A stretch of 45,237 nt of DNA from a virus (Duplodnaviria > Caudoviricetes): positions 1 to 45,237 of the IMG/VR virus record IMGVR_UViG_3300015200_000128. One strand, written 5' to 3'. Positions within the stretch are counted from its first letter, which is position 1, and every line of letters starts with the position of its first letter. Position numbers and translations under genes: made by a program. Below, piece by piece: positions 9,374 to 17,339 of the stretch. Under the pieces are notes generated by a model. The model was given only the letters and a program-made list of their open reading frames with translations, did not search any database and was not told the DNA's origin.

Positions 9374-9414
9374 GTGACACTAGGCCTGTCACAGTGACAA
9401 TCTTCTGCTACACT
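9374..9414 (+). promoter_or_regulatory. Sigma70-like promoter with three GTGACA half-sites
   Basis: CTGTCA 9386-9391, 17 bp, TG-C-TACACT 9409-9414; GTGACA 9374, TGTCAC 9387, GTGACA 9394. Confidence 0.55.
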
Positions 9415-9445
9415 CTGATACATGCCAACCCGAAAGGAGACATCG

Positions 9446-9661
9446 GTGACCATGACCGAACCAACCAAACCCCATAGCCACGAGCGTAGTCCGCATGGGT
9501 GGATGACCTCGACCCAGACCGCCGAACACATCGGCATCCACGTCAACTACCTTCGGACCATCCCGCCGTCCGAGCTGCCCTTCTACCTGATGGGCAGGAA
9601 CCGGCGTTACAAGATGGCCGACGTCGAGGCGTACATCGCCAGCCGAGTCGTCAGCTCGTGA
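9446..9661 (+). CDS. Excisionase/MerR-like helix-turn-helix protein
   Basis: WMTSTQTAEHIGIHVNYLR...LPFY..GRNRRYKMADVEAYI pattern; AGGAGACATC RBS. Confidence 0.8.
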   Translation: MTMTEPTKPHSHERSPHGWMTSTQTAEHIGIHVNYLRTIPPSELPFYLMGRNRRYKMADVEAYIASRVVSS

Positions 9662-9810
9662 GCGACGAGCTGCCCCACCGGGACCGCTGCACCTGCGTCA
9701 AGGATGGCGTGCGATGCAGCGCCGGTCGGGCATCGCCCAAGAGCCGGAACGACCGGTGTGAGTCCTGCTCGGCGGGCCTTCATCAAGGTCACCGGCAGGT
9801 GTCAGCGTGA
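9658..9810 (+). CDS. Small Cys-rich protein, 50 aa
   Basis: GTGA overlaps both sides; CTC...C...CESC. Confidence 0.6.
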   Translation: MSDELPHRDRCTCVKDGVRCSAGRASPKSRNDRCESCSAGLHQGHRQVSA

Positions 9811-10289
9811 ACCTGTTCGTGCCCGGTAACCCTGTCCCGCAGGGTTCCAAGCGGGCGCTGCTCCGCAAGGGCACGAACATCCCCATCGTCATCGACTCCA
9901 ACCGTCTCGGGCTGGCGACATGGCGCAGTCAGGTATGCGCCTATGCCATGGAGCAGAAGGCCAAGGACGGGGCGGACACCATCAGTGGACCCATCGCAGT
10001 GCGCCTTGAGTTTTGGCTCAAGCGTCCAGCCGAGCATTACCTGCCGGTCAACGGCAAGCGCACCGTCCCGCTCGTCCGGCAGGGCTCGCCCCTGTACGTG
10101 ACCCGGGCACCCGACCTCGACAAGTTGACCCGCGCCATCTTCGATGCGCTGACCGACGCTGACGTCTGGAACGACGACAGTCAGGTGGTCAAGGTGGTGG
10201 CAACCAAGCTGTACTGCGACCAGTACGACGAGCAAGGCCCACGACCCGGTGTCCTCATCGTGGTCCAGCCATGGAACAAGGTGGTCTGA
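9807..10289 (+). CDS. rusA: RusA-family Holliday junction resolvase
   Basis: PVPQGSK, PDLDKLTRAIFDALT, WNDDSQVV. Confidence 0.92.
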   Translation: MNLFVPGNPVPQGSKRALLRKGTNIPIVIDSNRLGLATWRSQVCAYAMEQKAKDGADTISGPIAVRLEFWLKRPAEHYLPVNGKRTVPLVRQGSPLYVTRAPDLDKLTRAIFDALTDADVWNDDSQVVKVVATKLYCDQYDEQGPRPGVLIVVQPWNKVV

Positions 10290-10525
10290 TGGCGACAGCT
10301 GAGATTGAAGAGCCCACCCTCCCGAACGACCCGGTCGTGGTGCTGGTTAGCCGGAAGGTACTGGCGGCGGCTGGTACCGACGAGCGCCTGAGCTGGCGTG
10401 CCTTGCTCGGGGTTGCTGTCACCGCTGGCTGCGTCGTGCTTGCCCCCACCCCGTTCAACATCATCGGTGCAGTGAGCTGCGCCCTCGTTGCAATCGAAGT
10501 CGCTCGCCTTGCATGGCGGAAGTAG
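10289..10525 (+). CDS. Two-TM membrane protein
   Basis: Two hydrophobic stretches; TGATG coupling. Confidence 0.7.
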   Translation: MATAEIEEPTLPNDPVVVLVSRKVLAAAGTDERLSWRALLGVAVTAGCVVLAPTPFNIIGAVSCALVAIEVARLAWRK

Positions 10526-10535
10526 GAGACAGCAG

Positions 10536-11336
10536 ATGCCCCTCGTTGAGATAGGTCCGCGCAATGCACGGACGGACCAGTCAGGCCTCCGGTTCTACAC
10601 ATGGCAGGGCGTCGAGTACCCCAGCGTCACGACCATCCGGCGCATGGCAGGGCTCAGCTTCCCGCTCCACCAGTGGGCCATCACGCAGGTCGTCAACCGC
10701 AGCGTGGACCACGTCAGTGACCTGAACCGGATGCTCACGTCGAACGACCCGCTCGTCACGACTGCGGCCAAGACGTGGCTGCGACAGGCAGCCGACGAGG
10801 AGCGTGACCGGGCAGCATCGCTGGGCAAGCGTGTCCACAAGGCGGTCGAGGACAACCTGCCGCTCGGTCAGGTGGACAAGGACGCGCTGCCCTACATCAA
10901 GCACTACAAGCACTGGCTTGCGACCACCGGGTTCAAGGTCCTGCGCTCCGAGGCACAGGTCTACAACCTGAGCAAGGGCTACGCCGGGTCGTTCGACCTG
11001 CTCGGTGAGGACAAGCGCAAGGACATCCACATCGTGGACCTGAAGTCGGGTAAGAACACGTACCCCGAGCATGCGCTTCAGGCCACGGCCTATTCGCTCG
11101 GCGAGTTTGTGGGCAGGGACGACGTCGTGGACGTTGAGGCCACCGACCTGCTGCGCCGGGTCAACAGCATCAGCCTGCTGCACCTGACCCCGACCGGCTG
11201 GCAGTGGCAGCACATCGACATCGACCGTTACATGGTCGTCGCCTTCAACGGGCTGCTTGCCTTCGCCAAGTGGGCCTACGCCCACCCGAAGATGGACGAG
11301 CTGCTGCTTGATGTCACCGAGGGCAAGGCGTCGTGA
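10536..11336 (+). CDS. PD-(D/E)xK exonuclease (RecB/lambda-exo/Cas4-like fold)
   Basis: YPSVTTI, GKRVH, E..VYN..YAGSFDL, IVDLKSG, ALQATAY; no Fe-S cysteines. Confidence 0.88.
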   Translation: MPLVEIGPRNARTDQSGLRFYTWQGVEYPSVTTIRRMAGLSFPLHQWAITQVVNRSVDHVSDLNRMLTSNDPLVTTAAKTWLRQAADEERDRAASLGKRVHKAVEDNLPLGQVDKDALPYIKHYKHWLATTGFKVLRSEAQVYNLSKGYAGSFDLLGEDKRKDIHIVDLKSGKNTYPEHALQATAYSLGEFVGRDDVVDVEATDLLRRVNSISLLHLTPTGWQWQHIDIDRYMVVAFNGLLAFAKWAYAHPKMDELLLDVTEGKAS

Positions 11337-12058
11337 AGTACACCGACTGGACCAGCGGTGAGCCCGTCGAGAAGGAGTGGCCGGACCCCCGAGAGGCGCT
11401 GCGAGAGGCGCTCGATGCGCTCGACATCATGGTCGAGCGGCAGACGCTTACCGGCGCTGTCCGTGTCCGTGAGATTGTCCGTGCCGCCCTCGCCCACGCC
11501 GCACCGCCTCCCGACGACGCATGGATGGAAGGCCGAAAGCAGGGTAAGGACCGCGAGCGAACGCTGGAGCAGGAGAACGACCTACTGCGTCGCCAACTCG
11601 CCCAAGCCGCACCGCCTCCCGAGACGGACATCGAGTGGGCCGCGCTCATCGCTGACCTGAACGCCCAATGTTCAGACCGACCGGGAACCACGGGGCCGCG
11701 CCTGAGTCACGCCACCATCGTCACCCGGTACTTCGCCCAAGCCGCACCGCCTCCCCGCCCGCCGACAGAGGCCGAGGAATACGAGGCGCTGTACGAACAC
11801 CCGATGCCCCAAGCCGCACCGCCTCCCGATGTGGGGTTTCCGATGGGTGCGGCCCATGTCGTCGGCACGAAGATTGTCGCCCAAGCCGCACCGCCTCCCC
11901 ACATCTGCGGCTGTCAGCACGACGGCCCTTGTCGTGAGAGTGAGTGCGGGCATCACGAATGGCAGGACCGGAAGCGTACCGCCCAAGCCGCACTGCCTCC
12001 CTATCGTCTCTCGGAGTGTCCGAACTGCGGCGCGTTGCTCCGGGTCAAGCAGTCGTGA
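11333..12058 (+). CDS. Cassette-like modular protein: AQAAPPP linkers joining unrelated peptides
   Basis: GTGA overlaps at both ends; frame kept through all repeats. Confidence 0.8.
   Translation: MKYTDWTSGEPVEKEWPDPREALREALDALDIMVERQTLTGAVRVREIVRAALAHAAPPPDDAWMEGRKQGKDRERTLEQENDLLRRQLAQAAPPPETDIEWAALIADLNAQCSDRPGTTGPRLSHATIVTRYFAQAAPPPRPPTEAEEYEALYEHPMPQAAPPPDVGFPMGAAHVVGTKIVAQAAPPPHICGCQHDGPCRESECGHHEWQDRKRTAQAALPPYRLSECPNCGALLRVKQS
11492..12001 (+). repeat. Array of six 21-bp direct repeats with unique in-frame spacers
   Basis: Repeats start at 11492, 11600, 11735, 11807, 11879, 11981; spacers 87, 114, 51, 51, 81 nt. Confidence 0.97.
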
Positions 12059-12423
12059 ACCGCAGCATCCAGCCGTTTCATCAGCAGCATGGCATCACGG
12101 CGATGGAGTGGAAGGCGCTCATCGCCCGGGCTGAAGTGGGCACGATGGCTGGTGGTGCCAAGAAGCTGGGCATCAGCCTTCAGACCTTCAAGAACCACAT
12201 CAGCAACGCGACCAAGCGACTCGGTGCGGCCAACGTCTGGGAGACGTACCGGATACTGGGCTGGCTGGTCCTGCCCTTTGAGGATGGCACGCCAGCAACA
12301 GGCAAGCCCCACCCCGACCAGCCCCACGAGTTTCAGGTGCGCTGCTTCCGCTGCGGTGAGAACGGCTACGTCAACGTCGCCCTCGTCACCGACACGGAAC
12401 GCCTCAAGGTGGTGCCGATATGA
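12055..12423 (+). CDS. LuxR-like HTH protein with C-terminal CxxC
   Basis: AKKLGISLQTFKNHISNATKRLGA; CFRC. Confidence 0.75.
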   Translation: MNRSIQPFHQQHGITAMEWKALIARAEVGTMAGGAKKLGISLQTFKNHISNATKRLGAANVWETYRILGWLVLPFEDGTPATGKPHPDQPHEFQVRCFRCGENGYVNVALVTDTERLKVVPI

Positions 12424-12542
12424 AGGACGAGTACGACCGGGTCAAGGTGGCGGGCTGCGCCTTCCTCGTCCTGTTCTGTCTGGCCGTGTGGGGCATCATC
12501 GCCAAGGTCGCCATCGAAGCGTTCAAGTTGGGGCCACGCTGA
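12420..12542 (+). CDS. Small single-TM protein, 40 aa
   Basis: Coupled overlaps; VAGCAFLVLFCLAVWGIIA. Confidence 0.6.
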   Translation: MKDEYDRVKVAGCAFLVLFCLAVWGIIAKVAIEAFKLGPR

Positions 12543-12982
12543 TGCCCCGCTCGTGGGAGCTGACGCAGCTCGACATCCTCAAGTTGTGGTTCGATGAGTA
12601 CGACACCATCAACCTCGCCCAGTCCAAGGCTGGGCTGCCGCACCCTGACCCGAATACGCCGAAGGTCCACATCGAGCGGGTCGCCCCGCTCATCAAGCAG
12701 CTGCGTGACGAGGGCTGGGTCATCGTCACCGAAAAGACCCCGGCTGGTGAGGCCTACTACCGGGTGGTGTCAAAGCCCGAGACGCTAGCTCCGGGTCAGC
12801 TCCGCCGGACAGACCCGAAGCGTGAGCCCAAGGTGGACGAAACCAAGGGTGACCCCAAGTGGGAATGCACCAAGCCCGGGTGCCTGTCAGGTGTCCGGCC
12901 CGACATCGTCAGCACCTTCGACGGGCGCTACACCACCGGCAAGTGCTTCACCCACGGCAAGGTTGTACTGGTCCGCCGATGA
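12542..12982 (+). CDS. Putative winged-helix protein with C-terminal zinc motif
   Basis: RVAPLIKQLRDEGWVI..YYRV; C..PGC...C..HG. Confidence 0.65.
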   Translation: MPRSWELTQLDILKLWFDEYDTINLAQSKAGLPHPDPNTPKVHIERVAPLIKQLRDEGWVIVTEKTPAGEAYYRVVSKPETLAPGQLRRTDPKREPKVDETKGDPKWECTKPGCLSGVRPDIVSTFDGRYTTGKCFTHGKVVLVRR

Positions 12983-14301
12983 GCCCGCGAAAGACCCGGC
13001 CAAAGGACCAGCCCGAGCAGGGCACACCGAAGAAGGCGACATTCGCCGACCTCGGCAAGACCGAGCAAGACGTCATGGTCCAGCTGGCACAGCAGCGCAG
13101 CGTCACGCTCGTGACATTGGCCGCTGACCTGTGGCGCACAGCTCCCGAGTGGAATGCCTTCGACCCGTACCCCCTGCTGCGTTTCGTCATCGACTCACTG
13201 TGTGCCCATGGCCTCGTCCGGTTCACTCTCGTCCACCCCTACGGTTCGTCGCACAGGGAGGAGCCCACGAACATTCGGCTCACGCCTGAGGGCTGGTCGA
13301 TGATGGGCTACCCGAACAAAGTCATCGAGGTCGGCTCGATGCAGCGCCACCAAGGACCCCATACCCCCGACCAAACCAACTACCGGAACCATCCATTCCA
13401 AGCACCGGGAGGAGCCATTGAGATAGACACATTCGCCGAGCATCAGTTCTTCTTCCCCCACCACATCCACATGTACGGAGACGGTCAAGTGACAGGAGAG
13501 ACAGACGATATGTCAAGACCCTACACGCGGGTCACGCCCGAGATAGAGGCCAGCATCATTGCCGCCCGCGAGCGGCTGGGTGCGGCGTCGTACACCGACA
13601 TCGCCGAGCGAGCAGGAGTGCCCGAGCGCACGGTCAAGTACGTCCTCGTTGACCTGCCCCGCCTGCGCCGCATCAACAGCGGTGAGGCCAAGACTCAGGG
13701 CTCGCTCAAGGAACGCATCATGCACACGGTCCGTGGCCTCGGTGAGGTCAAGGACATCAGCGAGCTGCGCCGGATACTGGGCATGGCCGACAGCGAACAC
13801 GACGTGATGCACGTCCTTCACTCGCTGCACACGCAGGGCAAGCTGGACTTCACCGAGCGAGGCAACGGGATGGGGACAGCAACCGTCGTCAACATCCATC
13901 TGCCCCGCAAGGGCAAGAAGAACGGCATCCACCCGACCGAGCCGGTCGCCCCGCTGCCGGTCATCAGCCGAGCCGAGGAGGAACAGGCCATCAGTGCCCG
14001 CCAGCATGCCATCGAGCCCGAGGCGACAGCACCCCAAGCGTCAGCTCCCGGGCTCGATGAGAGCGAAGGATATCCGTTGCTCGACGCGCTGTTGGAGCGA
14101 GAACGCAACCGGTCGGAGGCCGACAAGAAGGCGCTGGCCTACATCGAGGCAGCAGCTGCGCTTGAGTACACCGACCCCGAGATGGCCCGGGTCCTGACGG
14201 CCAAGGTTGACTCGGTCAACGTGGCCTATCCCTCACCGTTGGAACAGGAGTACATCCGCTACGTGGCAGCCCATCCCGACACACCTGACGACGACGCTTG
14301 A
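12979..14301 (+). CDS. Multi-HTH DNA-binding protein; possible internal start at 13510
   Basis: ASYTDIAERAGVPERTVKYVL HTH plus wHTH-like segments. Confidence 0.75.
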   Translation: MSPRKTRPKDQPEQGTPKKATFADLGKTEQDVMVQLAQQRSVTLVTLAADLWRTAPEWNAFDPYPLLRFVIDSLCAHGLVRFTLVHPYGSSHREEPTNIRLTPEGWSMMGYPNKVIEVGSMQRHQGPHTPDQTNYRNHPFQAPGGAIEIDTFAEHQFFFPHHIHMYGDGQVTGETDDMSRPYTRVTPEIEASIIAARERLGAASYTDIAERAGVPERTVKYVLVDLPRLRRINSGEAKTQGSLKERIMHTVRGLGEVKDISELRRILGMADSEHDVMHVLHSLHTQGKLDFTERGNGMGTATVVNIHLPRKGKKNGIHPTEPVAPLPVISRAEEEQAISARQHAIEPEATAPQASAPGLDESEGYPLLDALLERERNRSEADKKALAYIEAAAALEYTDPEMARVLTAKVDSVNVAYPSPLEQEYIRYVAAHPDTPDDDA

Positions 14302-14327
14302 CAACATGCCAGCACCTGCTCTACCTT
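14298..14327 (+). promoter_or_regulatory. Sigma70-like promoter facing a non-coding region
   Basis: TTGACA 14298-14303, 18 bp, TACCTT 14322-14327. Confidence 0.6.
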
Positions 14328-14330
14328 ACG

Positions 14331-14726
14331 CATCCCCCTGCTGGCCGGTAGGGGGATGGAGATGGCAGAACACCCCTCTAATCCGGGGGTAATGCATCAC
14401 CGGTTCCAAGTGGCCGAGCGACTCTGGATACAGCCGACGCGATGAGCGGGCAGGAGGAGCGAAGCAAGCGCGGCAGCGCGGAATGGAGCAATCCGCCTTC
14501 AGGGGTCAGAGCCTGAAGGGAAGCCCGGTAACGGTGAGTCTGGACCCGTCCTTTGCTGTAGGACGTCGGGTCTGGTGCGGGTAGACAGGAGTCCCGCCTT
14601 CAGCCACGCGCCGTGGCCCGCGCCTTCAGGGGTCGCGGACTACGGAGAGAGCCCCGGTTCGCCGGGGCTTTGTGGTATCCGGGGCATAAGAAGAGGACCC
14701 GCCTCCGGGGGAAAAGCGGGTCCTCT
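14331..14726 (+). ncRNA. Candidate large structured ncRNA, unassigned
   Basis: No credible ORF; many stems, GNRA and UUCG loops; possible long-range pairing 14422-14431/14675-14684. Confidence 0.6.
14650..14674 (+). terminator. Terminator-like hairpin, or an internal stem of the ncRNA
   Basis: AGCCCCGG-TTCG-CCGGGGCT then TTGTG. Confidence 0.55.
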
Positions 14727-14746
14727 CAGGTAAGGAAAAGCCGGGA

Positions 14747-15115
14747 CTAGGTGCCGGTGGTAATAGGAATGCTGCCGCCGCCCAGCTCCTCGCCGCTCGC
14801 ATACGCGAGCCGGTTCGCGGGCACACCGCCCGGAGTGTAGGTGATGACGACCTTGTCCCCGAAGGTGGGGGCCGGTGCGGCCAAGACGACCTGCAACCGG
14901 GTGTTGTTGGTGCCACCCACGGTGACCTGTGTCACGCCCTTGGCGACCCCGTTGACAGTAGCGGTGAACTGGGTGAAGTCTGGCGCGGGACGAAGCGCAC
15001 GGGCGTAGGTGATGAACACGTTGGTCGAGCCGGGGCTGCTAGTCGCCGACTTCTCACCACCAAAGCCAGCGCTCAGCCAGCCGAACCAGCCCGCCCGCTG
15101 GGCGAACGAGCCCAT
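14747..15115 (-). CDS. Small beta-rich (Ig-like) protein, possible virion decoration
   Basis: FTATVNG...VTV...LQVVL...VVITYTP pattern. Confidence 0.7.
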   Translation of the reverse strand: MGSFAQRAGWFGWLSAGFGGEKSATSSPGSTNVFITYARALRPAPDFTQFTATVNGVAKGVTQVTVGGTNNTRLQVVLAAPAPTFGDKVVITYTPGGVPANRLAYASGEELGGGSIPITTGT

Positions 15116-15285
15116 CAGGTCGGCAGCTGGGTCGGGGTCGGCGGCTCCGGCTCCGGCAGGTCGTTGTTGACCTCGGGCTTGTCAGGGTTCTGGGGCTCAC
15201 GCTTGCCCAGACCCTCGCCCTTCTCCTTGTTCTTGGCCTCGTCGGAGCGGGACTTGTTGACCTGCTCCTCGGTCTGGTCGCTCAT
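15115..15285 (-). CDS. Small hydrophilic protein, 56 aa
   Basis: ATG with GAGG RBS; coupled to next gene. Confidence 0.6.
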   Translation of the reverse strand: MSDQTEEQVNKSRSDEAKNKEKGEGLGKREPQNPDKPEVNNDLPEPEPPTPTQLPT

Positions 15286-15292
15286 GTTGCCC

Positions 15293-15448
15293 TCACTTCC
15301 TCTTGGGTTTCCAGCCGTGAGCGCCCGCATTGCGGGCACGCACGCTGGCTTGTGCCTTGGCCTTGGTCGAGCTGTGCCCGACCGTCTTGCCGGTGGACTT
15401 GTTGACGATGCGGTATCCCTTGCCGCTCTTGGTCACCCGGTACGGCAT
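15293..15448 (-). CDS. Small basic protein, 51 aa (MPYRVTKSGKGYRIVNKSTGK...)
   Basis: Manual translation; fills the gap exactly; GGAG upstream. Confidence 0.75.
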   Translation of the reverse strand: MPYRVTKSGKGYRIVNKSTGKTVGHSSTKAKAQASVRARNAGAHGWKPKRK

Positions 15449-15451
15449 GGG

Positions 15452-15946
15452 CTAGCTCTGCTCCTCCGTCTGGCCCTCCGATGCGCTGCCCTTGCGGGCC
15501 TGCTCGGCGCTCGATGCCGACGCCTCGATGGACCGCGCCTGAGCCTCGGCCCGGGCCCGCTCCTCCTCGGCGAGGGCAGCCTGCGAGCGAGCCTCAAGCT
15601 GGGCCTCGCTGCCGCCAGCCATCTGCTCCTCGACGGTCAGGAGCGGCTCCTCTTCGGGCTCGCTCGCGGTCGTCTCGACCTCGCCCCGGCTGGCCTTGGT
15701 GCTGACACCGGGCGGGAGCTGGAAGTTGTCGTCACGCTCGACGGACTGGGCCTGCTCCTCGGCCCGCTCGCGGTCGGTCTTGGTCCGGGTCGTCCTCGTG
15801 GTCGCCATCTCGTCTCCTTGCGTACCGGCACTGGTCGTGCCTTCTCTTGATGGTGGGATAGGCTGGGTGTTCAAGCCATCATCCCACCCCTGCTGCCCGC
15901 CTTGCGGACTGCCGACACCCCCAGCGGTGCCCGTGCTATTCGTCAT
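15452..15946 (-). CDS. Charged protein whose N-terminus copies the major capsid N-terminal arm
   Basis: MTNSTGTAGGVGSPQGGQQGWD... with GGAGAGG RBS; second in-frame start at 15808 with AAGGAG. Confidence 0.75.
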   Translation of the reverse strand: MTNSTGTAGGVGSPQGGQQGWDDGLNTQPIPPSREGTTSAGTQGDEMATTRTTRTKTDRERAEEQAQSVERDDNFQLPPGVSTKASRGEVETTASEPEEEPLLTVEEQMAGGSEAQLEARSQAALAEEERARAEAQARSIEASASSAEQARKGSASEGQTEEQS

Positions 15947-16061
15947 CCTCTCCGACTCCCTCGCCCACGTCCTTCTCATCGTCGGGGCTCGGCTTGGCCG
16001 GGACGTACGGCGTCTCCGGTTCGTCCTCGTCAGCTGCGATGGTGTCGATATCGTCGGTCAC
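15936..16061 (-). CDS. Small acidic protein, 41 aa
   Basis: GTGA overlap with lysin stop; manual translation. Confidence 0.5.
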   Translation of the reverse strand: MTDDIDTIAADEDEPETPYVPAKPSPDDEKDVGEGVGEDDE

Positions 16062-17005
16062 TTGGGTGGCTCCGGGTACTGGATGATGCTACCGGTGGTC
16101 ACGCGCTGGTACTCAAGCTTCTTGATGGCGAGCTTCTGCGCCTCGGTCGGCTCGCCCGGGGGAGCAGGCGGGGGCGGATAGTTCACGACCGTGCCGTCCG
16201 CCTTCTTGAGGTACATCACAGTCAGGGTGGTGGGCGGGTTGGAGCTGGGCTTGTAGCCGACGGCGAGGTCACCGGCCTTGGTGTATCCGGCGAGGGGCAT
16301 GTGCCTGCCCGGGTCCACCTTGATGTTCTTGGGGTCACTGCGGAAGTCAGACCAGACGTACAGCCACTTGCCGGACGGCACGCTGACCTGCTTGGGCACG
16401 AGCGGCGTACTCACGTAGTCCTCCTCGGTGGCGGTGGTGGGCGGGGGCGCAGGCGGGGGCGTGGGGGGAACGTACTTCACCTTGGTCGTGTTGTGCCCAC
16501 CGGACCACAACGCTTGGTCGATGTCGGTCCAGCGGGCCCACGTTGCCTGACTGCCCTGCTCGTAGAGCGGGTCGAAGTAGCCGACGTAGTCACGCCCTGC
16601 CTCGCTGCGATGGGCGAACAGCATGACGCTGTGTCCGAAGTCGCCGAGCTGCGTCTTGAGGTAGCCCGGGAGGGTGGTGTAGGTGAGGGAGATGATGACA
16701 GCGAAGCCCTGCTTCACCCGGGCGAGGATGAGTGCCTTGTCGATGGCATCGACGTTGACGTTGAGGGCACCCATCAGGCCGTTGCGCAGCTCGCGGCTGT
16801 TGCTGCCGACCCAGTGCGGACGACCGGCGTTGGCCCGGATGCGATGACCCTCGGTCTTGCCGTTGGTTGATACCCCCGCTCGTGCCGTCCGCGCCGCCAT
16901 CTGGGCCGAGCAGTAGCCGCAGTCCACGAACGGCTTCTCAAAGCGCTCGCTGACGATGGTGCCCTTGGAGCTGGGGACCTTGCCGTACGGATAGGAGCGG
17001 GCCAT
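16058..17005 (-). CDS. Putative endolysin, papain-like (C39-type) peptidase with Pro-rich linker
   Basis: DCGYCS, GHSVM, YFDP catalytic pattern; directly after holin-like ORFs. Confidence 0.7.
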   Translation of the reverse strand: MARSYPYGKVPSSKGTIVSERFEKPFVDCGYCSAQMAARTARAGVSTNGKTEGHRIRANAGRPHWVGSNSRELRNGLMGALNVNVDAIDKALILARVKQGFAVIISLTYTTLPGYLKTQLGDFGHSVMLFAHRSEAGRDYVGYFDPLYEQGSQATWARWTDIDQALWSGGHNTTKVKYVPPTPPPAPPPTTATEEDYVSTPLVPKQVSVPSGKWLYVWSDFRSDPKNIKVDPGRHMPLAGYTKAGDLAVGYKPSSNPPTTLTVMYLKKADGTVVNYPPPPAPPGEPTEAQKLAIKKLEYQRVTTGSIIQYPEPPK

Positions 17006-17178
17006 TACTCGCCGTCCTTCTTACGCATGCGCCAGCCGATGGCGAACAGCACAGTGATGATACCTGCCAACACGGGAGCCTTCTGCTCTGTTGTCACCAC
17101 ACCGGGCGTGATGAGCGCACCCAGTAGCACCAGACAGATGGCGATGATGGCCCACAGCGCAGCCTCGGCCACACTCAC
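17005..17178 (-). CDS. Holin-like two-TM protein, 57 aa
   Basis: Two TMs and charged tail WRMRKKDGE; TAATG coupling to lysin. Confidence 0.7.
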   Translation of the reverse strand: MSVAEAALWAIIAICLVLLGALITPGVVTTEQKAPVLAGIITVLFAIGWRMRKKDGE

Positions 17179-17327
17179 GGAGCGAGTTCAAGCCACAGGA
17201 TGGCGACGGCGAGGGCGATGATGGCCCAGTGGGTGAGCGACTGACCCTGCGCCCGGGCCTGCTCGATGAGCCCGAGGATGAGCGCGACCGCTGCCAGCAC
17301 GACGACGACTGCTTCATTGAAACTCAT
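17175..17327 (-). CDS. Holin-like two-TM protein, 50 aa
   Basis: AAGGAGAG RBS; two hydrophobic helices. Confidence 0.7.
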   Translation of the reverse strand: MSFNEAVVVVLAAVALILGLIEQARAQGQSLTHWAIIALAVAILWLELAP

Positions 17328-17339
17328 GATTCTCTCCTT

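Noticed and set aside
9446-9661. Evidence of lysogeny from the Xis-like gene
   Set aside because: No integrase, att site or clear repressor in the window; such HTH genes also occur in lytic phages
11492-12001. Canonical CRISPR array with upstream Cas4
   Set aside because: Spacers are 51-114 nt and all in frame, the repeat is short and non-palindromic, no cas1/cas2 is present, and the nuclease lacks Cas4 Fe-S cysteines
14331-14746. tmRNA, RNase P RNA, tRNA or self-splicing intron
   Set aside because: No tRNA-like ends or CCA, no GAGGAAAGUCC, no group II domain V or group I core motifs found by eye
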